Positions 27,713 through 39,279 of a stretch of 64,000 nucleotides of DNA are shown one piece after another. Both the position numbers and the translations under genes were made by a program. Positions within the stretch are counted from its first letter, which is position 1, and each line of letters starts with the position of its first letter. The notes below the pieces were generated by a model. The model ran no database searches. It was not told where the DNA came from and saw only the letters and a program-made list of their open reading frames with translations. Source of the DNA: Mobula hypostoma (lineage: Eukaryota); contig NC_086108.1 of the NCBI RefSeq assembly GCF_963921235.1, positions 74,216,001-74,280,000 on the forward strand, read 5' to 3'.

Positions 27713-28060
27713 GCACTGTTCCCTGGGTGCATGGCCACGCAGTAACTGAAATGCTCCCACACACATAGCTTTTGTTGCCGCTGGAATAAACATAAATGAG
27801 AAAAAGCTTACGAAATGTGATTTTTCTCTGTTGTACGGTATTTCATTACACCCTTTCAATTAAGAAATAAAATCTTGGTATTTCTTACACCCTTGCAATT
27901 AAGAAATAAAATCTTAATTGAAGATTTTTCAATTTTCATTCTAAATATTCATAGTATGCACATTACCAAAAAAAAAAATTAAAGTGCTGTGTAATTTTCA
28001 GGCCAAGTAAAAATTTACTGCTCAGACAAATGGTTGGTCCATGCAGCTGTAAAAAAATAG
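27713..28060. mobile_element. hAT-like non-autonomous fragment in the Nimb 3' region
   Basis: Starts cactgttccct, like the TIR of 41071-49581; interrupts Nimb 'ADILA|KQSLK'. Confidence 0.5.
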
Positions 28061-28187
28061 TCAAGCAATCACTGAAAACTAAGGATATAAATGAAGTGGT
28101 GCCTTTGCATAAAGGGGAGGTTAACACCATAATTAAAAAGCCCATTTGATCATTGTGGCAACAAAGTAGGGATAAGGAAAAGAAAGG

Positions 28188-28220
<33 letters not shown>

Positions 28221-28246
28221 CTGTCTCTATATATATATCTATATAT
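28188..28246. repeat. (TCTG)n/(TA)n microsatellite within Nimb
   Basis: tgtctgtttgtctgtctgtctg...tatatatatctatatata. Confidence 0.9.
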
Positions 28247-28704
28247 AAAATTCAGAGGATGGTAGGAACTCAACAGGGAGATTAGTGTAAAAGGAGTGAA
28301 GAAGTTATACCAACGTGTTTATGTATTGGACATATTAGGTTGAATAATTTATTGTTCAGAATTAATATGCATGATACTGGCATTTGTAGGGAGCAGCATA
28401 TACTGTTTGCAGCTCCTATGAGATGCAAAGGAAACAACTAATTGCTAAACTGAGCTCTTTGGGACAGACATAGTTCAACATGGAAAGTTTGTTAAGATAT
28501 CATTGCCATGTAATGTATGTAAGTGTGTACTTAACTTTCTGAAAAGCATTAGACTTTTTGATTTTTTTTGGTGGGGGTGGATTTAGTGGACATACTTCCT
28601 GTCTCTGTTCCACACTCCAACTCAGTAGATGGCGGTAATGCACCTTATGTTGGTCTGCCAACCGCTAATAAACTTTCCAAGAAGAAGAAAAGTCATACGG
28701 CTGG

Positions 28705-29650
28705 GAAAACTGGCAACTGGATGCACCGTGCGTCGGGACCACCGACGTTCCCTGTACAGTTCAGTTGCCTGTGACGCCAGAGAAGCGAAGAAGCACGTGA
28801 CCCCGCCGCACACGCTTCCTTCCGTGTTTTGGTGGAATCCCCGGTCGCGCGCGTGCACGCGGAGCGAGTGAGGGAAGACGGGAGCGAGCGAGCAGGCGGG
28901 CGGAGCGTCGAGCGCGAGCAGCCAGGGAGAGAAAAAAACTGCGGCGCAGAGCTGTGGGCAGCAACAAGAGCGGCAGTGGAGTCGTTGATATAAACAAAAA
29001 TCAAACCCCTCGGAGATATCCCTGATTAGGGACGCAGGTAGACAGAGGGAGAGAAGACAAAAGCTCCAGGCCCTGAAGTGAGGGAACGACGCTAACCAAT
29101 TGCCGTCTTCTCCTTCCCCGTGTAGGTAGGCAGCTAATGTTATTACCCTGCAAGCCTGCTTTGTCGCCATTTTGGCCCAGTGTTTGTTGTTATTATCATC
29201 GTGGGTTTCACCAGCCGCGTTACGCCGTCCTTCCCATCTATTGTCGTTGCATTTTATAATCAAACGTACACTGCTGATTCTTTTTTACCCCCCGTTGCGC
29301 CGAGCAACCCGTGCCCAATGGAAGGTTATTCCAGTGTCAGTTTATTCGTGTTTTGTTTCATTTGTTTTGTGGCCTAAACTTGCACCTTGTGTTTGTTAGT
29401 CCACAGTTCCTATTTGTGTACCGCAAAGTGGATTGTTGGAAATATACTTCAGAGCAATGTTTTTTTTTTGACGTGGAATGTGGTTGCAGCTTATCTGTTA
29501 GGACTGGATCAGTAAAGATGGAACCTTTGTTTTGAGTGTCTTCCACTTACAGGCATTAAACAACGCAAATAATGTTTGAACGAGCCTGTCCCGTGTGTGG
29601 GCTTAGCTGTCCACGGCTGCCATTTCTGACAATGTGGGATATTATCTCTT
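28705..29650 (+). promoter_or_regulatory. CpG island / promoter and non-coding first exon of a plus-strand host gene
   Basis: Strongest CpG density in the window; E-box gcacgtgac (~28793), TGACG half-CRE, gcgcgcgtgcacgc, YY1-like gccatttt (~29167, ~29619), purine-rich leader, candidate donors at 29038, 29078 and 29126. Confidence 0.75.
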
Positions 29651-30359
29651 CACGGCTACACTCCACTCGTGTGAAGGATCCTAAACCATCTGTAATTTAA
29701 TGTTGTATGTTTATATATCGTGTTCTTTACTGGCATTACAGACGTTATCATTTACTTTAGATCAGTTTCTAATAATGTTTACGATAACTCTTAAGTTCTT
29801 CCTGGAGGTTTTAGTTTACTTTCTTTATTACCCTCTTCAGTGTCATGGATATGTTAACTTCAGTAGAGCCCAAACTGAAATTATTTTCCTCGTGTTTGCG
29901 TTATTTTGTATTTTGTAATTTTTACCAATGTGAATGACAGTTTAGACACGAAGTTCATAAGCAGTTTTACACTTGAAATATTAGTCTAATAGTCCTTGAC
30001 GTGTTAACATGAACAATTATGAATTTGCACATTCAAGTAGATGTGCTTTATCACTCCAGCATCATTTCATAAATTTAGCAAGAAAATTCAAATATTTTCA
30101 GTTTATAGGCAATACGTTATACTTCCTCAAAGACATTCTGGGTTGTATAGAGAGACAGGAGTCTGGAATTTGAACCAACAGACAATATGCTGGAGAAACT
30201 TAGTTCTTAAATCTGCTGAGATGTATTCTAACATCCCTTGATATTTAATGACCAAAACATTTATGGGGTTTGCCTTTTCTCCTTTAGCCCCTTTACCCAG
30301 CAGTGAAGAGTTTCAGTTCACTTAGTACACAACACTATTTCCAGCAGTTCTGTTTTGTA

Positions 30360-32060
30360 TTCAATGCCTTCTATGCTCGCTTTGATTGTCAAAACATGGA
30401 GGAACCATCACAAACTGGTGATTTCAGTGTCTGAGGCCAACGTGCGAGCATTCTACAAGAGGGTGAAGCATCTGGCCCATATAGGGTACCTGGTCGAGTA
30501 CTGAGGACCTGTGCAGATCAACTGGCTGTAGTGTTCACTGAGATCTTTAACCTCTCGCCTTGGCAGTCTGAGGTACCCACCTGTTTTAAGCAGGCTTCAA
30601 TTACGCCAGTGCTTAAGAAGAACATGGTGACCTGCCTCAATGTCAAGCATCCAGTAGCACATATCCACAGTGATGAAGTGTTCTGAGAGGTTGCTGATGA
30701 AACATCAACTCCTGCCTGAGAAGCGACTTGGATCCGCTCCAACTAGACTACCAGCACAACAGAACCACAGCAGATGGCTTTTCACTCAACCTTGGCACAT
30801 TTGGACAGCAAAGATGCATACATCAGGATGCTGTTTATCGACTACAGCTCCACATTCAATACAGCTCCTCCATCCCCTCAAAACTAATCAGTAAGTTTCA
30901 AGACCTTGGCTTCAGTACCTCCGTGTGCAGTTGGATCCTCGATTTTCTCACCTGCAGACCCCATTTGTGTTTGGATTGGAAAGAACATCTCTTGCACTAT
31001 TTCCATCAGCACGGTTGCATCACATGGCTGTATGCTTAGCCCCCTCCTCTACTTGCTTTGCACTTATGACTGTGTGACTAAGCACAGCTCCAGTACCATA
31101 TTTAAGTTTGCTGACAACACCATTGTCATTGGCTGAATCAAAGGTGGTGACGAATCAGCATATAGGAGGGAGATTGAAAATCTGGCTGATTGGTGCCACA
31201 ACAACAACCTCTCACTTAAATGTGAGCAAGACCAAGGAGCTGATTATTGAATTAAGGAGGAGGAAACCGGAGATCTATAAATCATTTCTCATTGGAAGAT
31301 CAGAAATGGAGAGGGTCAGCAATTTTAAACTCCTTCGTGTTATCATTTCGGAAGACTTGTCCTGGGCCCAGCATGAAGGTGCAATTACGAAGAAAGAATG
31401 ATAGAGCCTCTACTTCCTTAGGAGTTTACAAAGATTCGACATGATACCTAAAACCTTAACAAATTTCTATAAATGTGTCGTGGGGAGTATATTGACTGGC
31501 TACATCACAGTATGGAAACACCAAAGTCCTTGAATAGGAAATTCTCTAAAAAAGTAGTGGATAAGGCCCAGTGCATCATGGGTAAATTCACCCCCCCCCC
31601 ATGAGCATATCTACAGGGATCATTGTCGCAGGAAAACAGCGTCCATCATCGGGGACCTCCACCCAGCTCTTACTCTCTCCTTGCTGCTGCCATCAGGAAG
31701 AAGATACAGGAGCCTCAGGACTCACACCATCAGGTTCAGGAACAATTATTATCCCTCAACCAGCAGTCTCTTGAACCAAAGGGGATCACTTCCTTCAAAT
31801 TCATATTCCCCATCACTGAACTGTTCCCACAACCTATGGACTCACTTTCAAGGACTCTTCTCATGTTCTCAACATTTATTGTTTGTTTATTATTTCTTTG
31901 TTGTCTTGCACACAGGTTGTTCACATTGTTGATGTGGTTTTTCATTAATTCTGTTATGGTTATTTGATTTACTGAGTATGACGAAAGAAAATGGATCTCA
32001 GGGTTGTATATGGTGACATATGTGCTTTGATAATAAATTTACTTTGAGCTTTACTTTGAT
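30360..32060 (+). mobile_element. Degraded Rex1-type LINE
   Basis: 'MLSPLLYLLCTYDCVTKHSSSTIFKFADNT', 'LNVSKTKELII', 'LLPSGRRYRSLRTHT'. Confidence 0.85.
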
Positions 32061-32422
32061 TGCAATCATTGTGGGAGAATCGCTTCAGATTGCTTGTTAA
32101 CTGTGGTTGGGATGTAGCGATATACTAAAGCAGATTGGTAAACATTTTATTTTTGCTTCTGAGGCATAAACATTTGGTTAGACTTCTGATTAATAAAGTA
32201 ACTGTCAATGGGGGGGTGAAATTGCAAAACTGAATGGCTTAGAGAATTTCAGAAGGTAAAGTTCACAATTTACAAAAACGTTTGTTCAACTCAATGGAGG
32301 GAATAATGAAAAAGGACACAGTCAGAAGTGCGGAAGGTTACATGTTTCCTTGGCCAACCAAATCCCGTTAACATATCAAGACTATTTCTCCATTTATTTC
32401 CCTCTGTATTTATTGTCCATTG

Positions 32423-32820
32423 ATCATCATCATTAATATATGCCATGTTGTATGATGTGGTAATCATGCGCTTTCATCTGTTATCTCTATCAATGACCAT
32501 GATTGTTCTTGGTAAATTTTCTACCAAAGTGGTTTACTATTGCCTTCTTCTGGGTAGTGTCTTTACAAGGCAGGTGACCCCAGCCATTATCAATACTTTT
32601 CAGAGATTCCCTGCCTGGGGTCAGAAGTCATATAACCAGGACTTGTGAGCTGCTGGTACGACCATCCACCACCTGCTCCCATGGCTTCAAGTGACACTGA
32701 TCAGGGGACTAAGCTGGTGCTACACTTTGCTGTGGTGTGACCTGCAGGGTAGTGGAGGGAAGAGTGCCTTACACCTCCTTTAGTACAAACATAGAAACGT
32801 ATCTTCACCCCGCCACCCAA
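32423..32820 (-). mobile_element. Short RTE-related non-autonomous retroposon
   Basis: Minus: gaaggcaatagtaaaccact RTE-type module; (gat)n tail; starts gggtggcggggtg. Confidence 0.6.
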
Positions 32821-32869
32821 ATTGTCCATTAACCACCCCTGATTCTTTGAAAAGGCAGATGTACCAATG

Positions 32870-33045
32870 GTAAGTTAGCATCACCATGTATCCTAACATC
32901 CAGCATATCTAAAAGTATGGGAGGAAACTGGAACACCTGGGCAAAATCCATGTGGTCATAAGAACAGCTTGCACACTTCATGAGACAGCAGCAGAGGTCA
33001 AAATCAAACCCTGGTTGCAGAAAATGAGAAACAGCTACTGTGCCT
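32870..33045 (-). mobile_element. HE1/V-SINE-like remnant
   Basis: tgggaggaaactggaacacctgggcaaaatccatgtggtca resembles the reverse complement of the V-SINE core. Confidence 0.5.
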
Positions 33046-33100
33046 CCTGAAGTGGCAAAGGTAGCGTAAGATAGATTAGTAAAAGCATTTAGGAAATGAA

Positions 33101-34024
33101 CTAGACAACGGGGTGACCCGTTGGGGCACCCTTTGAGAGAAGGGTAGTGCAGTCTGATCTGACCAGAATGAACATTAAATTTTCCTGAATGCTATTGGTA
33201 TCACTTTGCTTTGGAAATTGAAGAAGAAAACCTCAGTTTATTAAAGAAGAACGATGTGTAGCAAGATAAATATAGCTCCTCCTCGTTTAACAAAGAGGTT
33301 GATCTGGTTGATCTGCCACCCTTGTGCCTGTTTTTGTCATTCTGGAGACGTGCAGTCCTTTCATCTGCCGTCTCTTCATCTCCTGCTGTTTATTCTTTGT
33401 CTCTGATCTTGGAGACGTGCATTTCTCTGCTCCTTTGTCTCTTCCTCTCTCCTCCTGTGCCTGTTTTTGTCATTCTGGAGACGTGCAGCCCTTTCATCCC
33501 CCATCTTTTCATCTCTGCTGTTTGTTGTTTGTCTCTGATCCTGGAGACGTGCACTTCTCAGCTCCTTTGTCTCTTCCTCTCTCCTTCTATGCCAATTGTT
33601 GTCATTTTGGAGACATGCATGCCTTTCCTCCTCTGTCTCCTCTTCTCTCATCTTTTTTGTCCTGACTCTTTGATCCTGGAGTCGTGTGGCCCTGGCCTCA
33701 TCGGATTCTTGTTCTTTCCCTCTCCTTGCTGCTTCCCGACGACGTTTGGCACTATCTCTTGACTATAATGTCCCCCTTCTCTTTCCACACGGCATAATTA
33801 GGCTGACCATTTTTTTTTACTCTAATGCTGGATAGAAGAAACGAAGCAGTAACACCAAAGCCTCCAGGAAGATGATTATTCTTGATGATGTGGTTGGCAC
33901 TCTTCTAAATGGACGTGATATAGTCACCGCTGTCCTTTGACTGCAGCAAAGGGTTTGATGGGTGTCTCGAAGTACATCATGACAATAAGATTTAATTATC
34001 TCTTATTGATGGGTCTGAATTTGA
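33101..34024 (-). mobile_element. Non-autonomous Helitron retaining the Rep/helicase N-terminal charged repeats
   Basis: Minus 3' end: hairpin aacggg-tcac-cccgtt then gtCTAG|t; candidate 5' a|TC at 34024; ORF 33376-33651 of 22-aa 'REEETEEERxARLQ' repeats. Confidence 0.7.
33323..33690 (-). repeat. Coding tandem repeat, ~132-bp period (two 66-bp subunits)
   Basis: Unit starts near 33323, 33456 and 33588. Confidence 0.85.
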
Positions 34025-34188
34025 TCTGTCCCAATCCTGCACATGCTGATGGTGATTAGCAGAAAGTGACCCCTCGAAATAGAGCTGCCCTGCCCTTTTG
34101 CTGCGGGTGATGTGGGTGGTGTCGCTGCTGAGGCTGGCCGTACGCATGTGTTGTGGTGTTGCATCACAATTTCTATCATGGTTTAAGT

Positions 34189-34267
34189 CAGGGATTCCCA
34201 ACCTGGGGTGTATGGACCCCTCAATTAATGGTAGGGGTCCATGGCATAAAAAGGTTGGAAACCTTTG
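34189..34267. mobile_element. 79-bp hAT MITE
   Basis: TIR cagggattcccaacct / aggttggaaacctttg; TSD gtttaagt / gattaagt; similar remnant at ~53805-53881. Confidence 0.75.
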
Positions 34268-35564
34268 GATTAAGTCTTGAAAAGTTGGCCTTATTTAGAT
34301 TAGCGCTTGGTGTTCTAATTCAGAATATTTTGAGGGGGGACTTTTGAAGGCAGTCTTAACAGATATCACTATTCTCCACCTTAACCAACTGCTGATCATA
34401 CACAGGTGTGGAGAATTTCAGATTTGAAATATTTGAGTCAAGAAATTTCTCTTCATAGTGTAAGCAGCAGTCTGAAATCCTACACACATCAGATCAGGAA
34501 GAGCTATCTTCCTACAATCATCAGATTTTTGAGCTGACTTTCACAACTCTTACCTTAGCTCAGTACACAATGGATTACCTCTTGCATTACCATGGACTTT
34601 TCTTGGATTGTGTCTATTTTATATTGTGTAATTGTTTGTCCCAATATGTCTGTGATGCTGCTGCAAGCAAGTTTTTCATTTTACCTGTATCTCACTGTAA
34701 TTGCGCAAATGGCAATAAACTTGACTTGACTCCATTGCCCTTTGACTTTGTCCCTGATTCAAGGCCCCAGAGCTTTTAAACCTACCCTTTTCAAAATCTT
34801 GCATATATCAATCAAATGATGGAAGGAAAGGGAGTTTCAAATACAAGAGCCTCTCATTTTCTAAATTTCATGATCTAATAGATTGTTGAAAGTTTCCAAT
34901 GCAAGTAAAACCTTTCTTGAACATGGAACCAAAATTTCACAACACATACCGATGATAATAACCTGATTCTATTTCTGAATTGCATTCCAGAAGTAGTCTC
35001 ACCGTAGTGTTGTATGTTGTACCAAGATTGCAGTAAAAGATAGCATGCAACTTGCTTTACTAATTATTTGCTATTCTTGCATAACAACTTTCTGAATCTT
35101 TTGAACTAGCATACTGAGTTCATTCTGTTTGACAATATTTATTGATTTTATTTCATTTTTAAAACATGTTCCATCTTTCTATTCCTCTCTGAATAATTTC
35201 ATTTTCCCACATACCTGAACTGTAACGTTATAGCCAGCTTAGTTCATATTCCCAATAAGTTTTGCAAGCTCTTCCCCATAGCTAATTTTTCCCACTTATA
35301 ATTTTGAATTATAGGTAAAAGTTCCATTGTAATTGTCCTTTTGACCAAAGTTAATGTATATAATAAATATCTTGTGGCCTCTGGTAATCCTTTATACACC
35401 CCAATTATAAAAATCTACCCATTAAAATAATCTACCCCACCTCTCCCCATTTTACTTTTTCAAATTGGGCAGTGTGAGTAAGGAGGCCTTTGCTGAGATT
35501 ACAGTACTGAGATTCTTTCCCTATGTGCCTTAATCACTAGAATTTTTATTTCTAGGGGTGGTTG

Positions 35565-37130
35565 TCACAGAGTGATAGAACACTGCAGCACAGAAATGGG
35601 CCCTTTGGTCCATCTACTCCATGTTGAGCTATTAATTTCTCCAGTCCAGTTGACCTGCTCCCAGACCATAACCCTCCCTATCCCTCCTGTCCATATATCT
35701 CTTCAAATTTCTCCTAAATGTTGAAATCGAACCTACATCCACCACTTGAGCTGGCAGCTTGTTCCACTTTCACCACACTCCAAAGTGAAGGGTTCCCCCT
35801 AAACATTTCACCTTTCACCCTTATCCCATGACTTCTGGTTGTAGTCTCGTCCAACCTCAGTAGAAAAAGCCTGCATGCATTTACCCAATCTATACCTTCA
35901 TAATTTTGTATACTTCTATTCAAACTTCCCCCAGTCTTCTGCATTTCCCCTTTTGCTCTTAATATATTTGTATAATTCCTTAGGATTGTCCTTCACCTTG
36001 ACTGCTGGAGCGACTTCATGCCACCTTTTAGCCCTCTTGATTTCCTCCTCAAGTGTTCTCTTGCATTTCTTAAACTCAAGTACCCCATTTGTTCCTTTCT
36101 GCCGATACCTGCGATGCACTTCCTTTTTCTTAACCACGGTGTTAATATCTCTCAAAAAACCAAGGTTCCGTAAATCTATTAACCTTGCTTTTTATTCTGT
36201 CAGTAACATGCAAACACTGTACTCTCAAAATTTCACTTTTGAAGACCTTCCACTTACCAAGCACACCTCTGCCTGGAAACAACCTGTCTCAATCCAAAAT
36301 TGATAAATCATTTCTGATACCTTCAAAATTGCCTTTTCTCCAATTTAGAATCTCAACCCGAGCACCAGAGCTATCCTTCACCATAATTATCTTGAGACTA
36401 ATGGAATTATGATCACTAGAGGCAAAGGTGTTCCCCTACTACATAAACTTCTGTCACCTGCCCTGTCTTATTCCCTAATGGGAGATCTACTCTCTAGTTG
36501 GGACCTGTTATGTACTTATTAAGGAAACTTTTCTGAACACATTTAACAAACTATTCCATCCAGCCTTTTTGTAGTATGGGTGTCCTAGGAATATGCCGAA
36601 AGTCAAGATTATCTACGATCACAATCTTATGTTTGTTGCAAGTCTGTGATCTCGCCACAAATTTGCTTCTCTAAATCCCGCAGGCTGTTGGGTGGTCTAT
36701 AATATAATCCCATTAACGTGGTTGTGTCTTTCTTACTCCTCAGTTCCACCCATGCAGATTCAGTAGACGAGCTTTCCTGTCTGTCCTGTCTGAGCGCTGC
36801 TGTGACATTTTTCCTGACTAGTAATGCCACCCCTCCGCCTTTAATCCCTCCTGCTCTTTCAATTCTAAAACAATACAGCCGCAGAATATTGACTTGCCAG
36901 TCCTGCCCCTACTGCAACCAAGTCTCACCAATAGCTACAGTGTCATAATGCCACATGCTAATCAATGCATTAAGCTCATCTGCCTTTCCTACAATACTCC
37001 TTACATTGGAAAAATACACAACTCAAACCATTAGTCCTACCACGCTCAACCTTTCGTTTCCTGACTTTGTATGTAGGCTTAACAAAACCTTTCCCCATAA
37101 CCATTCCATTATCTGCTCTGGTGCTCTATT
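35565..37130 (-). mobile_element. CR1 LINE with the RT region deleted
   Basis: APE 'TESAWVELRSKK..GLYYRPPNS' and 'KELYKYIKSKR' joined near 35947 to the C-terminus and 3' UTR. Confidence 0.8.
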
Positions 37131-37404
37131 TCCACTCACTTGTGATCGACAGCTCTCTCATCGTTTCCACGTGAAACATGACTGATACATTTCTGAGGGC
37201 CTGAAGAATCAATGTTATGATAGTAGCTTGCTGGTTAGATCCTCTTATAGTATTTGAGTGAACATTTGTGTATATTTGGTCTGATTTGTATCTTGCAAGC
37301 ATTCCTGCATATTCTTTAATCTCTAATAATGTGCACTCTCCCCTGCACTTATTAAACCTGCCATATAATTTATCTGGATGTTAATGTCTGATTTCAAACC
37401 TCCG

Positions 37405-37718
37405 CTGCCTTGCGGCCATACCCACTTATGGGAAAGGCTTCGGGAGTAAATCCTGAGGACAAATCCGGAGCTGGAGTCCCTAAGGCAGTCCGACGTTGCT
37501 TTCAACCTCGCTCTGGCAACTCCTGTGACGTCACTGGTGCCAAGCTGTATTTGCCCTTGCCCTTCCCTTGGACAACATCGGTGGCGTGGAGAGGGGAGAC
37601 TTGCTGCTTGGGCAACTGCTGGTCTTCCATACCACCTTGCCCAGGCCTGCGCCCTAGAGAGACTGAAGCAAGACTTTCCAGGCGCAGAACCATGGTCTCG
37701 CGAGACTAACGGATGCCA
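37405..37718 (+). mobile_element. Short GC-rich retroposon, probably RTE-related
   Basis: tgggcaa..ttgccca stem, ccatgg plus terminal hairpin gtctcgcgagac; GC-rich against an AT-rich flank. Confidence 0.5.
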
Positions 37719-39164
37719 TCCAATGTAAACTTATAATACAATGAGTAAGTTTTTGATGAGCTGTGGCACTTTTCTTGAAATATCTCTGAAAAATCTGTTC
37801 ACGATTTTAATTGCTCTTTGTGAAACCTCCTTGTGCACAAATTGGCTCTTTTGTTTGTCTGTAAAAGTGACCATTTATTAAAAATAATTAACTGTGAATG
37901 ACATTTTGTGAAGACATACAATGCTGTTATGTTTCCTTGTCTTCCATCCTTTGAATGTCAAGACACATTTTCTTTTCATCAATAGATGCAGGTGCAATAT
38001 TTGTTTTATCATGTACCTGGGAGTCCTCTTCAATTTTGAAGTGTGTTTTATCAGGCAGTCGAAGTTAGGACGTATTTAATAGAAACAATTACGTCGTATC
38101 TCTTGATTGTCATAGATTCCATTGCTATAAAATAACGTAATGCTTAGTTTCCATCACCAGTAATTAATTTGAAATGTGTTTTCTGTATTTTATTTGGTGG
38201 GATTTGGTTAGGTTCAAGTCTCCAACCATAATTTTGTTCCTGAAATATACGTCCAATTCTATCAGTGCTAACAAGGAAATAAGAATACATGTTTTGCAAA
38301 GCTTTCAACCTGAACAAAATGTGAGAAGATTCAAACTCAAAAGCTTGACTCTTGTGGGATCACATTAAGTTGCTTCTGAGATTTTTTGTATTAAACTATC
38401 AATAGGTACAATTAATGTCATAGAAATGTATACAATATACATCCTGAAGTTCTTTTTCTTCGCAAACATCCATGAACACAGAGGAGTGCCCCAAAGAATG
38501 AATGACGATTAAATGTTGGAACCCCAAAGTGCCCCCCCCCAACACCCTCACGCACATATGACTTTCCTGCAGTAAAATTATAGATGAATGGTAAGTAGCA
38601 GCTGCATCATGCCTTGATTCTGTAATATTGGCTTTTAAAATTGTAGAACAAATCTGCTTTAATTTGTGACAACTTGAAGATACCAACAACATTGGATTTC
38701 TGACCATATCCTTAAGAAATGGTTTGTCCCTTAATGTTGTAATAACAAGGGTTTCATTTTGTCAAATGAAATTTTTGAAAAAGCTGCAGATGCTACACAT
38801 CTGAGAAGCAAGTAGAAAATGTTGGGAACACTCAGCAAGTCGGGCAGCATTCACTGAAAGAATAATTTTTGTGTACAAGATCTTTGTTCGCCTAATTTTG
38901 CCAGACTTGCTGATTGTTTTCAGTATTTTCTTTTTGTTTCTCTTTGTCATATGAGGAAAGTTTTGATTTTCTTTTAAACTCTACTTGTTTCAGTGTTTTT
39001 TTTCCTGAAATACTTAATGAGCAACTAACTGGTTTATTTAACTACAGCAGTGATCTCATGTGACATTAGGAAAGGGGCTTACCTAGAGATTTCATTTCAG
39101 TGCCAGTTTCTTTTCGTAAACTAAAGCAGTTGTGCATTTTGGGTAATCTGTCAGTTCCTCTACA

Positions 39165-39185
39165 TGTCTGTCTGTCTCTCTCTCT

Positions 39186-39262
<77 letters not shown>

Positions 39263-39279
39263 TCTCTCTCTTTCTCTCT
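39165..39279. repeat. (CTCTCA)n/(CT)n microsatellite
   Basis: Perfect ctctca run at ~39185-39260. Confidence 0.95.

Larger units (their letters stand above)
17950..28689 (+). mobile_element. Full-length, inactivated Nimb/I-group LINE (ORF1 with three CCHC knuckles; ORF2 APE-RT-RNase H) carrying seven nested insertions
   Basis: ORF1 'RCFQCQKFGHVAAEC..CGRCGG' (~18855); ORF2 'LILKWNARSLLANGQEFK..VICVQKTWL' (~19391), 'YQSGFRKGR', 'YADDGAVWKRGRN' (24481), RNase H 'TDGSNDP..' and 'LWVPANVEVEGNEMADILA'; 3' end ggcggtaatgcacc..ccaaccgc..(gaa)n; TSD aagtcata(t/c)ggctgg at 17935-17949 and 28690-28704. Confidence 0.88.

Noticed and set aside
28622..29263. 213-aa minus-strand ORF (and overlapping ORFs) over the CpG island
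   Set aside because: No recognisable domain; long open frames are expected in GC-rich, stop-poor sequence; it runs into the Nimb tail
33323..33690. Regularly spaced repeats resembling a CRISPR array
   Set aside because: These are tandem coding repeats without unique spacers, in a eukaryotic Helitron context
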